A DNA stretch of 64,000 nucleotides. Source: Opitutia bacterium. Its GTDB lineage: Bacteria; Verrucomicrobiota; Verrucomicrobiia; Opitutales; Opitutaceae. Where the stretch lies: NCBI GenBank assembly GCA_947478395.1, contig CANJVR010000001.1, positions 736,001-800,000 on the forward strand, in the 5' to 3' direction. Below, piece by piece: positions 34,347 to 42,896 of the stretch (within the stretch, counting starts at the first letter, position 1; every line of letters starts with the position of its first letter). Made by a program: the position numbers and the translations under genes. The notes beneath the pieces were generated by a model. It was not told the DNA's origin. It saw only the letters and a program-made list of their open reading frames with translations, and searched no databases.

Positions 34347-35807
34347 ATGAAACTCATCGAACTCTCCGTCCGCCGGAATCTCGCCGGCCTGGGTACCGCC
34401 CTCCTGCTCGCCCTGCCCCTCGCGGCCCAACCCGCTGCGCCAAACGCCGCCGACGCCGCCGCGGCCAACGCGGCCCAGATCAATGCCGGCCGCACGCAGC
34501 CGAAGTACCCGGTGCCTTATCCACCGAGTTCGGTCGAAGATATCACCGCGGTGCTCGGCCGCATCTACACGTATCTCGATGCGGTGACGCCGCCGCGCCT
34601 TATCGATCGCACATCGCGGCAGGAGATCACCGACTACTCCAAGCCCGCGCCCAACGCCATGCTCGATCGCAGCGACTTTCCACTCGCCGGTTATGAGTGG
34701 GGCGTCACTTACTCCGCCATGCTCCTCGCCGGCGAGGCGACGGGCGACAAGCGTTTCACTGACTACACGGCGAAGCGGATGAAGTTCATGGCGGATGTCA
34801 TCCCGATGTTTCGCGCGCAACTCGAAGCCGCCCCCGCTGCCCCCGCTACGCCGCCCGCACCCGGAGCCCAGGGTGGAGCCGGAGGCCGGGGCGGTCCGCC
34901 GTTCCGCAACGTGATCGCACCGCGCTCGCTCGACGATTCGGGCTCGATCGCCGCCGCGATGCTGAAAACGCACCAAGCCGGCCTGGGAGGCGATCTGCGT
35001 CCGCTGATCGACAACTACATGAAGTTTATCAGCACCGGTCAGTTTCGCTTCGCCGACGGCACCTTCGCGCGCAACCGGCCGCTGAACAATTCGCTGTGGC
35101 TGGACGATCTCTACATGAGCGTTCCCGCGCTCTCCCAGATGGGAAAACTGACGGGCGATAAAAAATATTTCGACGACGCGGCGAAGCAAATTCTCCAATT
35201 TTCCGAACGCATGTTCGTGAAGGAAAAGGGCCTCTACCTGCACGGCTGGATTCAGAACATGGACCCGCATCCCGCGTTTCACTGGGGCCGCGCCAACGGC
35301 TGGGCGATCCTTGCCATGACCGAGCTGCTCAGCGTGCTGCCGGAAAATCATCCGAACCGCGCCGCGGTGCTCGCCCAGTATCGGGCCCACGTGCGCGGGA
35401 TTGCTGCCACCCAGGGCGGCGATGGATTCTGGCACCAGCTGCTCGACCGGAGCGACTCTTACCCTGAGACCTCGGCCTCGGCGATTTTTGTGTTCTGCAT
35501 CGCGCGCGGGATCAACCGCGGCTGGCTCGATCCGCTCGCGCACGGTCCCATGGCCTCGCTCGGATGGAATGCCGTCGCGACCATGGTCAACGCCAAGGGA
35601 CAGGTCGAAGGCACCTGTGTCGGTACCGGCATGGGCTTCGACCCGGCGTTTTATTATTTCCGTCCCGTGAGTCCGCTCGCGGCCCACGGCTACGGCCCCG
35701 TGCTGATGGCCGGCGCGGAAATGATCACTCTCCGCAAAGGCCTCGGTAAAGACGCCCTGATCAGCGACAGCGCGATCCAGTTCGCACGCTCACCGTCGGC
35801 GTTTTGA
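34347..35807 (+). CDS. Unsaturated rhamnogalacturonyl hydrolase, GH105/GH88
   Basis: YEWGV, LDDSG, WLDDLYM, WGRANGW, WHQLLD, ETSAS; start placed at MKLIELS. Confidence 0.9.
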   Translation: MKLIELSVRRNLAGLGTALLLALPLAAQPAAPNAADAAAANAAQINAGRTQPKYPVPYPPSSVEDITAVLGRIYTYLDAVTPPRLIDRTSRQEITDYSKPAPNAMLDRSDFPLAGYEWGVTYSAMLLAGEATGDKRFTDYTAKRMKFMADVIPMFRAQLEAAPAAPATPPAPGAQGGAGGRGGPPFRNVIAPRSLDDSGSIAAAMLKTHQAGLGGDLRPLIDNYMKFISTGQFRFADGTFARNRPLNNSLWLDDLYMSVPALSQMGKLTGDKKYFDDAAKQILQFSERMFVKEKGLYLHGWIQNMDPHPAFHWGRANGWAILAMTELLSVLPENHPNRAAVLAQYRAHVRGIAATQGGDGFWHQLLDRSDSYPETSASAIFVFCIARGINRGWLDPLAHGPMASLGWNAVATMVNAKGQVEGTCVGTGMGFDPAFYYFRPVSPLAAHGYGPVLMAGAEMITLRKGLGKDALISDSAIQFARSPSAF

Positions 35808-35822
35808 ACGAGGCGACAACAC

Positions 35823-35847
35823 CTCAGCGCAGACTTGCTGCGCTGAG
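35823..35847. terminator. Hairpin between convergent GH105 and ribB genes
   Basis: Perfect 10-bp stem ctcagcgcag-acttg-ctgcgctgag; weak U tract. Confidence 0.5.
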
Positions 35848-35855
35848 TTGGCTTC

Positions 35856-35890
35856 AGCTCAAAACTCAAAACCCGAAACTCGAAACCGGG
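35856..35890. repeat. Heptamer tandem repeat (AACTCRA)n
   Basis: agctcaa-aactcaa-aacccga-aactcga-aaccggg. Confidence 0.7.
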
Positions 35891-35906
35891 CGCAGTCCGC
35901 TGCGCT

Positions 35907-37007
35907 CTACACCGCCACCTGCTCCACGATCTCGAGTCCGTAGCCATCAAGTCCGACGACTTTGCGCGTACTGTTGGAGAGCAGGCGGATTTTTCGTAAA
36001 CCGAGCGACGCGAGGATCTGTGCGCCCGTGCCGTAGTCGCGGAAACTCATCTGGGGCGTCTCGCCCGGTTTCACGCTGAGCCGGCGCAATAATTCGGCGC
36101 CGCCGTTCGCGTGCTCCATGTAGAGCACTACGCCGCGCCCCGCGCGGGCGACGGCTTCGAGCGAGGCCGTGAGCGTACGGTGCGTGTTCGACCCGCGCAG
36201 ACGAAAGACATCGCCGATCAAATTCTCGCCGTGCACCCGCACGAGCGTTGGCTCGGGCCCGGGCGTGCCGATGACGAAGGCGAGATGCTGGCGCTGATCG
36301 AGCTTGCTGCGGAAAACGTGCAGCGTGAAATCGCCGAACTCCGAGGGAAACGGCTGCGTGCACACGAGCTCCACGAGCTGGTCGCGTTTGGCGCGGTACT
36401 CGATGAGTTGCGCGATCGAAATCATTTTTAGCCCAAATTTTTTCCCGAACTCCACGAGCTGTGGCAGCCGCTGCACGGTACCGTCATCGTTGACCAGTTC
36501 GCACAACACGCCGCTCGGGTTCAAACCCGCCAGCACCGCGAGATCGACGGCCGCCTCGGTGTGACCCGCGCGCTCGAGCACACCGCCGGGACGGGCGCGC
36601 AACGGAAACACATGGCCGGGTTGCACGAGTTGCTCGGCCCGCGCGGCTGGATCGGCGATGAGCCGAATCGTCTTCGTCCGATCTGCGGCGCTGATGCCGG
36701 TGCTAATGCCGTCCGCGGCATCGACACTCACGGTGAAATCGGTGCGTTGCACCTCCCGGTTGCGCTGCACCATCGGGCCGAGGCCGAGGCGCTGAAGCTG
36801 GGGCTCAAGCGTCGGTACGCATACGATTCCGCTGCAGTAGCGGATCATCATGTTCACAGTCTCCGGCGTCGCCTTTTCAGCGGCCATAATGAGGTCACCC
36901 TCGTTTTCCCGCTGCTCGTCGTCCGTCACAATGACGAGCTTTCCCGCGGCCACATCGGCGACGACGGACTCGACCGTATCAAACGGAGCGGAAGCGGAAA
37001 CAGGCAT
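35907..37007 (-). CDS. ribB: 3,4-dihydroxy-2-butanone-4-phosphate synthase fused to a degenerate GTP cyclohydrolase II domain (RibBX-type)
   Basis: DDEQRENEGD, TGISAADR, PGHVFPL, RAGHTEA; the C-terminal domain reads RVHGENLIGDVF and lacks the zinc-binding cysteines. Confidence 0.9.
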   Translation of the reverse strand: MPVSASAPFDTVESVVADVAAGKLVIVTDDEQRENEGDLIMAAEKATPETVNMMIRYCSGIVCVPTLEPQLQRLGLGPMVQRNREVQRTDFTVSVDAADGISTGISAADRTKTIRLIADPAARAEQLVQPGHVFPLRARPGGVLERAGHTEAAVDLAVLAGLNPSGVLCELVNDDGTVQRLPQLVEFGKKFGLKMISIAQLIEYRAKRDQLVELVCTQPFPSEFGDFTLHVFRSKLDQRQHLAFVIGTPGPEPTLVRVHGENLIGDVFRLRGSNTHRTLTASLEAVARAGRGVVLYMEHANGGAELLRRLSVKPGETPQMSFRDYGTGAQILASLGLRKIRLLSNSTRKVVGLDGYGLEIVEQVAV

Positions 37008-37494
37008 GCCGAAAACCGTCGCGAGCCGGACGGGAGCTGTCAACGCGGGGCACGGACGCCGCCATTCGGATAAGGCACGACAACGGGAAGGTTCAAATCA
37101 CGGTCGGAATAAAATCGCGATCAGCACCGAGCGCCGCTGCGCTGCGAACCTTTAGCGCAGGAGCCATCTTCGTTCGAACTCGGCGCGTTCGCGCTTGCTG
37201 CGATTTTGTTCGCAGTTTTCAGCCGCGGAAATCCGCCGCCCCACACCATGCCATGCCTTCAATCTTGCGCATTGGTTCCGGCGCGTTCGTCGGTGTGGGT
37301 TTAGGTCGTGGCGTCGGCGCCGGAGCCGGCAACGGCACCGAGGCCACGGGCTTCAGCGGCAGGGATGCGTGCTCTTGCACTTCGAGCGGAAAAAACAGCG
37401 TCCACGAGCCCAATGCGAGCAGGGTCCAGGTATTCGTGGCGCGCAATCTACCGCGGACCGATGCCGCGGAAGCCCATTCCACCGGGCGATTGGT

Positions 37495-38862
37495 TCACGC
37501 CGGTTTGGTCCGGACTTTTACTTTCAAGGCGCGCCAGCGCGCGAGGCGCTCGGCGATCCCGGCTTCAGCCCCCACGGTTTTCGGCGTGTACAATATCAGG
37601 GGCTGCTCGAGGTAATCCTGTCCGGAAACATTTTCCACAAAGTCGTGCGAGTAGTCGTAGTCGCGCCCGTGACCCATGCGTTTGTTGGCCTGACCGCCTT
37701 TCGCGCGGAGAGCCGCCGGCACCGTCTGAACCGGCGCAGACTTCAGCGCGGCATGCGCCTCACCGAGCGCGATGGTGGCCGAGTTGCTCTTCGGCGCGGT
37801 CGCGATGTAGAGCGTCGCGTGGGCGAGCGTAAGTTCGGCTTCGGGCAGACCGATGAAATCGCAGGCGTGGTGCGCAGCAACCGTGAGCGAGAGCGCATTG
37901 GGATCGGCGAGACCGACGTCTTCGCTCGCGAGGATCACGAGCCGCCGGGCGATGAAGCGCGGATCCTCGCCGCCGGCCAGCATCTTCGCCAGCCAGTACA
38001 TCGCGGCGTCCGGATCGCCGCCGCGACAGCTTTTAATGAACGCGGAGATCGTGTCGTGATGCTCATCCTCGTCGGCGTCGTAACGAATCCGGCGCTCGCG
38101 GGCGAACACCTCTAGGTCGGCCGTCGTGATCGGGGCATTTTCCGGCAGACCATGCACGATCACTTCAAGGGCATTGAGTGCGCGACGTAGGTCGCCGTCG
38201 CACAACACCGCGAGATCAGCGAGGAGTTTGGGCTCGGCGGTTACGCCGCGGGATCCGAGGCCACGCTCGACATCGATCAGTGCGGCGGCCAACACGCCGG
38301 CAATGGCCGCGGGAACGAGCGGCTCGAGCCGGAAAAGATGGCTGCGGGAAAGGAGCGGCGGGTTGACGTAAAAACCCGGGTTGTGGGTGGTGGCGCCGAT
38401 CAGACGGACCGTGCCTTCCTCCACGTCGGGCAGCAGCAAATCCTGCTGTGATTTGTTGAAGCGATGAAGTTCGTCGATGAAAAGAATCGTCGCCGCCTCG
38501 GGCCGTCGGCGCGCGGCCGCGAGAATTTCGCGCAGCTCGGCCACGTTGGACATGACCGCGTTGACGCGTACAAAACGGCTGCGCGTTTCGTGGGCGATGG
38601 CCTCAGCAATGCTGGTTTTGCCGCAGCCGGGCGGACCGTAGAAGAGAAGCGAACCAAAGCGATTTTGCGCGACGAGGCGCGGCAGCAACGAACCGGGACG
38701 AAGCAAATGTTCCTGCCCAACGACATCCGCCAAGCGGCGCGGGCGCATACGGGCGGCCAACGGTTGGTGACTGGGCTTGGCCGACGCGGAATGAAAGACG
38801 GGCTCAAGCGAGGGCGGTGGAGGAAGGTCACCGAAGAGATCGTCTTGCGCAGGAGAGGCCAT
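37495..38862 (-). CDS. rarA: Replication-associated recombination protein A (MgsA)
   Basis: PLAARMRP, GPPGCGKTS, DELHRFNKSQQD, GATTHNP, SEDVGLADP, APKSNS. Confidence 0.96.
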   Translation of the reverse strand: MASPAQDDLFGDLPPPPSLEPVFHSASAKPSHQPLAARMRPRRLADVVGQEHLLRPGSLLPRLVAQNRFGSLLFYGPPGCGKTSIAEAIAHETRSRFVRVNAVMSNVAELREILAAARRRPEAATILFIDELHRFNKSQQDLLLPDVEEGTVRLIGATTHNPGFYVNPPLLSRSHLFRLEPLVPAAIAGVLAAALIDVERGLGSRGVTAEPKLLADLAVLCDGDLRRALNALEVIVHGLPENAPITTADLEVFARERRIRYDADEDEHHDTISAFIKSCRGGDPDAAMYWLAKMLAGGEDPRFIARRLVILASEDVGLADPNALSLTVAAHHACDFIGLPEAELTLAHATLYIATAPKSNSATIALGEAHAALKSAPVQTVPAALRAKGGQANKRMGHGRDYDYSHDFVENVSGQDYLEQPLILYTPKTVGAEAGIAERLARWRALKVKVRTKPA

Positions 38863-39095
38863 GGATGACGGATGAATGCACGCTAAGGCGCGGGAATGAG
38901 AAGGCAATTTCGCGGCGAAGTTTGGGCACAACAGATTGAGAAAGGCGGCGCCGGACGCTTCGGAATTGCACCTCGGTGCACATCAGCCGCGATAAGAGCT
39001 GAACGCCGCCCGCCGCCGTTTTCATCGATTCGCCCGACTCTGTCTTATGGGAGAAATTGCGTCGATCCGTGACCGCGGCCGGTTAACTCCAGATC

Positions 39096-40733
39096 ATGAG
39101 CAGCCGCAGTCTGGGCCATCGCGCACCATTGTTGTGGCTTGTGCTCCCTTTTATGGCGGGGTTGGTCACAGGGCGGTACGGAGCGCTCATGAATCTGCGA
39201 TGGATGCTGGCGGGCGCACTGATCCTCGCCGTGTGCGCGTGGTTCGCGGCGCAACGGATCCTGTGGTGGGCGGTGTTACTTTCTGGTGCAATGGTCCTGG
39301 CAGGAGCTTCGAGTTACGCGATCCATCGGATGCGTCTGCCGGAATGGGACGACCGGCCGCCGCGTGAAGCACGCCTGACCTTGCGCGTCGATCGTACGTT
39401 TCCCCAAAGCGACGCCAAAAAGGCGACGGGCCTGGGGCGCGTGAAGCCCAGCGATGCGCCATGGCATGAGCTGGCGGGACAGCGGATCTATTTCTCACTC
39501 GCGCTGCGCAAAGGAGAAGCGGCGCCCCTACCCACCTCCGAGATCAGTGCGATTGGAGTGCTCGCGGCGCTACCGAAAGCGCCGGAACCTAATTCTTTTG
39601 AAAGCTATCTCGACGATGTGGGCATAAATTTCCGCCTGCAACGTGGCCGGATTGTGGCGGCGGTGCGCCCGCCCACGCTCTACGCCCGTTTCTGCGCAGC
39701 AGCGGTCGCACAATTTCGCGTGATACTCGCACTCGGAATCGAGTCCAAACGGCCGGAACTCGCGGCCCTCCTGCGCGCGATGATCCTCGGTGAAACGCAT
39801 GAACTCAGTGCAGAGCAGCAAACGTTGTTCCGGGACAGCGGTACGATGCATCTCTTCGCGATCAGCGGAATGAACATCGCGGTCCTCGCCGCGGCGTTGC
39901 AGGCGGTGTTGTTGCAACCGCTGCGGCGCTGGCCACCGGTCAAATTCGCCCTTGGTACGGCGCTATTATGGCTCTTTGTCGACATCACGGGCGCGGCCCC
40001 GTCAGCCGTGCGCGCCTTTGCGATGGCCGTGTTTGTACAGGGCGCATTAGCGCTCTGGCAACCAGCGGGCATCTTGGCGGCACTCGTGGCGTCAGCCCTG
40101 TTGGTGCTCGTGCTCGCACCCCTGCAATTTTTCAGTGCGAGCTTCGTGATGAGCTACGGCATCGTGGCAACGCTGCTTTTGCTCGGACTTCCACTGGGCG
40201 AGACATGGATCGCACGATGGACGCCATGGGCCGCACTGCCACGGGTGACGCGGCGCTGGTGGCAACATAAGGTCAGCGACGCGTGGCGATGGACGGCGGC
40301 AGCGCTCGCGGTCGGCGTATCGACCACCTTGGTCGGTCTGCTCACCGGCGTGCAATATTTTGGGCTGCTAACCCCGGGTTCGCTCGTGACGAATCTTGCG
40401 CTCATTCCCGCCGCCGGCGTCGTGACGCTCAGCGGATTTGCCGCACTGGTGTTCGGGCTGACCGGCTGGAACGGAGGTGCGATCTTTTGCAATCACGCCT
40501 CGGCCGTCGCGCTGCTTTGCATCGAGCGCGTCGTCCGCCTAGGCGTGGCCGTACCCGGGGCATTTGTCCCCGCGCGTTTCACGGTGACCTGGATGGGTGG
40601 CGTTGCACTCGCGGCGTTGGGCACAAGCCTGATGGCCGGCTATGCACTCGGGTGGCGGCGGACCGCCGGTGGATTTTGGCCGCCCTTTGTCCTCGTCGCA
40701 GCGGCGCTGATTTTCGGGGTAAAGTTTGGGTAG
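39096..40733 (+). CDS. comEC: ComEC/Rec2 competence channel (no C-terminal beta-lactamase domain)
   Basis: FRDSGTMHLFAISGMNI, GAAPSAVRA, SFVMSY; N-terminal OB-like region. Confidence 0.85.
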   Translation: MSSRSLGHRAPLLWLVLPFMAGLVTGRYGALMNLRWMLAGALILAVCAWFAAQRILWWAVLLSGAMVLAGASSYAIHRMRLPEWDDRPPREARLTLRVDRTFPQSDAKKATGLGRVKPSDAPWHELAGQRIYFSLALRKGEAAPLPTSEISAIGVLAALPKAPEPNSFESYLDDVGINFRLQRGRIVAAVRPPTLYARFCAAAVAQFRVILALGIESKRPELAALLRAMILGETHELSAEQQTLFRDSGTMHLFAISGMNIAVLAAALQAVLLQPLRRWPPVKFALGTALLWLFVDITGAAPSAVRAFAMAVFVQGALALWQPAGILAALVASALLVLVLAPLQFFSASFVMSYGIVATLLLLGLPLGETWIARWTPWAALPRVTRRWWQHKVSDAWRWTAAALAVGVSTTLVGLLTGVQYFGLLTPGSLVTNLALIPAAGVVTLSGFAALVFGLTGWNGGAIFCNHASAVALLCIERVVRLGVAVPGAFVPARFTVTWMGGVALAALGTSLMAGYALGWRRTAGGFWPPFVLVAAALIFGVKFG

Positions 40734-40878
40734 CGCGCATTGGATAAACCGCGCCCAAACGCACGCGTTGCCAGTCGCTCTGCGACCAAGCAATCCCGCT
40801 GAATTGCGTGCGAAGCGCTTCGCGCGCACCGAAAAAATTGCCGTGTGTTCGGGGCGTTGCCGCGGCAATTTCAAGCCT

Positions 40879-41163
40879 ATGAAAAGTGCCTACGAACTCG
40901 CGATGGATCGTCTTGCCAAATCGGACCCTTCGGCCGGCGCGCCCGTGACCGCGGAAAAAAAGACCCGGCTGGCGGAGCTCGACCAGCTCTACAAGGGGAA
41001 GCTCGCCGAACGGGAAATTTTCATAAAGCAACAACTCAACCAAGTTCTCGTGGAGCGGAAAGCCGACGAAGTCGCCAAGATCCGGGAGCAGATGGCGAGC
41101 GAACGCATTCGGATCGAGGAAGAACGCGACGCGGAAAAAGAAAAGGTCCGGCGCGGAAAATAG
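40879..41163 (+). CDS. Small coiled-coil hypothetical protein
   Basis: MKSAYELAMDRL... charged helical 94 aa ORF with host-like codon usage. Confidence 0.75.
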   Translation: MKSAYELAMDRLAKSDPSAGAPVTAEKKTRLAELDQLYKGKLAEREIFIKQQLNQVLVERKADEVAKIREQMASERIRIEEERDAEKEKVRRGK

Positions 41164-41353
41164 CGCGGGGGTACCCAAACGGATTTTTGCCCCAAAAAAG
41201 CCCCAGAAGTTACTCGGCTCCGGCCGCATGCTCCGCGCGTCCATCGCCGTATGCTCGGTTTGCCGCCGCCAATTAATTTTTAGCGCCGCGTAGCGGCCAA
41301 CCGCCCGAATTCCTATTCCGACCCATCGCGCTACGGCGGATATCGCAGCCCTT

Positions 41354-42158
41354 TCAGACAAACTCGAAATCCGCCACGAGCGCATGGTGGTCAGATGCCG
41401 GCGTCGGGCAGACCGCACGACTGACGCAGCAAAGCGGCGCGTTATAGAAAATGTGGTCGAGCACGAACGGCCGGCGGCGCCAGGTGACTTCGTCGGTCTG
41501 CACCGTGGCGTAACCGCAGGCCGCGAACTGGCTCACCAGGACCTCGTGTTTGCTCTCGTTAAAATCACCGGTAAGAATCGTGGCGACGCTCGCGCCGGTG
41601 ATTTGATCGGCGACCAAGTTGCGTTGCGAGGCACACTCGCTGTGGCCCGCGCCCAACATGAAAAAACGCGAGAAGGTGCGTGTTGTAGAGCTGAACCTCC
41701 CGACCAAGCAGCACGGTTTTCGCCCCGATAAACACGCGGTCGGTGGGCGTGGTCTTGTGACCAAAAAAATCGAACTCGATCGACGGTGACGGAAGATCGA
41801 GCCGCATGGAATCGTGCAAGGGGCCGCGGGAAAAAATCGCCAGCCCGATGCCAAAGGGCAGTTCGCGAGGGTCGGCTTTCGGGTAGGCGAAACAGCTATT
41901 GTAGCCATCGAGCTCGGCCCGTAGTCGCGCGAAGTTGGGCGGTGGCTGGAGTTGTACTCCGCCGGGTTGCGCGCGTTCCACCTCCTGAAGCAGAATCAGA
42001 TCGGCATCATGGCGGCGAATTTCTTCCAGGGTAACGTCGAGGTCGATGGGCGCATGGTCGGGGTCCAACTCATCCCACACTTGCCCAAACTGCATATTAA
42101 GCTGCAGGACGCGAAAACAGCTCTTCGACCTGAAACGAGGATCAGGGGCGCGGCCCAC
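41354..42158 (-). pseudogene. Endonuclease/exonuclease/phosphatase (EEP) family gene split by a frameshift
   Basis: LNMQ, LQEVE and YNTHL are in one frame; TGDFNE, LDHIF and SDHH are in another; the frames join at a T6 run (plus-strand A6 at 41661-41666). Confidence 0.8.
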
Positions 42159-42699
42159 TCGCGGCGGGTACGACCGACGCCGCCGGCACGGGAGCAGACG
42201 GCTCGTTGCGGCGAAAGATGAAGCGGTTCACACGCGCGGTCGTGGCCTGATTGAGCGCAGGAAAGCGGCTCATATTAGTGACGCTCGCCGCCGTCAGGCT
42301 GGATTGATAACGCGTCACGGTCGGCGGCTTCTCCACTTGCGCCGAAGGATTGATGCCGGACTCACGATGATCGAAGGCACTGAGCTGGCGCGTCACGGCC
42401 TCCGGTCGATGGGAATCTTTTTCGATCACCGTCTTTGCGCGTGCCTCCGTGAGATCAATCGCCGCGCGCCGGTCGCCGACTGCGGCGTCCTTTTTATCGA
42501 CCACGGCCGGAGTGACCCGCTGATTTTGCAGGCCGTCGTTCACTTGGGGTTGGCTCGTCGCAGGCGTCACGCTAGCGACGGGGGCAAAAGCCGAATTTCG
42601 TTCCGTGTAATCAACGTTGGCCGCGTCGGCCGCGTCGGCGACGGAGGCTAAGACAAACACGCCGATGGCGCTCAGGAAAATGACGCCGGTCAATCTCAT
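42142..42699 (-). CDS. Hypothetical secreted protein
   Basis: Signal peptide MRLTGVIFLSAIGVFVLASVADA; 185 aa; overlaps the EEP gene start. Confidence 0.65.
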   Translation of the reverse strand: MRLTGVIFLSAIGVFVLASVADAADAANVDYTERNSAFAPVASVTPATSQPQVNDGLQNQRVTPAVVDKKDAAVGDRRAAIDLTEARAKTVIEKDSHRPEAVTRQLSAFDHRESGINPSAQVEKPPTVTRYQSSLTAASVTNMSRFPALNQATTARVNRFIFRRNEPSAPVPAASVVPAASGPRP

Positions 42700-42743
42700 G
42701 CGGGATCCGTCATGCAGTTGAAGCGACTGATTTGCGGCAAACC

Positions 42744-42770
42744 AAATATGGCGCGCGGCGCGCCATATTT
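42744..42770. terminator. Perfect hairpin downstream of thyX
   Basis: aaatatggcgcg-cgg-cgcgccatattt, 12-bp stem. Confidence 0.55.
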
Positions 42771-42773
42771 AAG

Positions 42774-42866
42774 GTTTTGAGTTTTGAGTTCAGAGTTTTG
42801 AGTTTCGGCACGATCGCCGTACGGTTTGTCCGTTAACCCGAAATCCCAAACTCGGAACTCGAAACC
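42774..42866. repeat. Inverted pair of heptamer tandem arrays
   Basis: (gttttga)2-gttcaga-gttttga-gtttcgg at 42774-42808 facing aacccga-aatccca-aactcgg-aactcga-aacc at 42835-42866. Confidence 0.8.
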
Positions 42867-42896
42867 GACCCGGGGCCGCGCAGGCAACGCCGCGTA

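Noticed and set aside
37080..37490. 87-aa Pro-rich ORF (37219-37482, minus) between rarA and ribB
   Set aside because: No recognisable family or clear start; it could be a remnant but cannot be supported.
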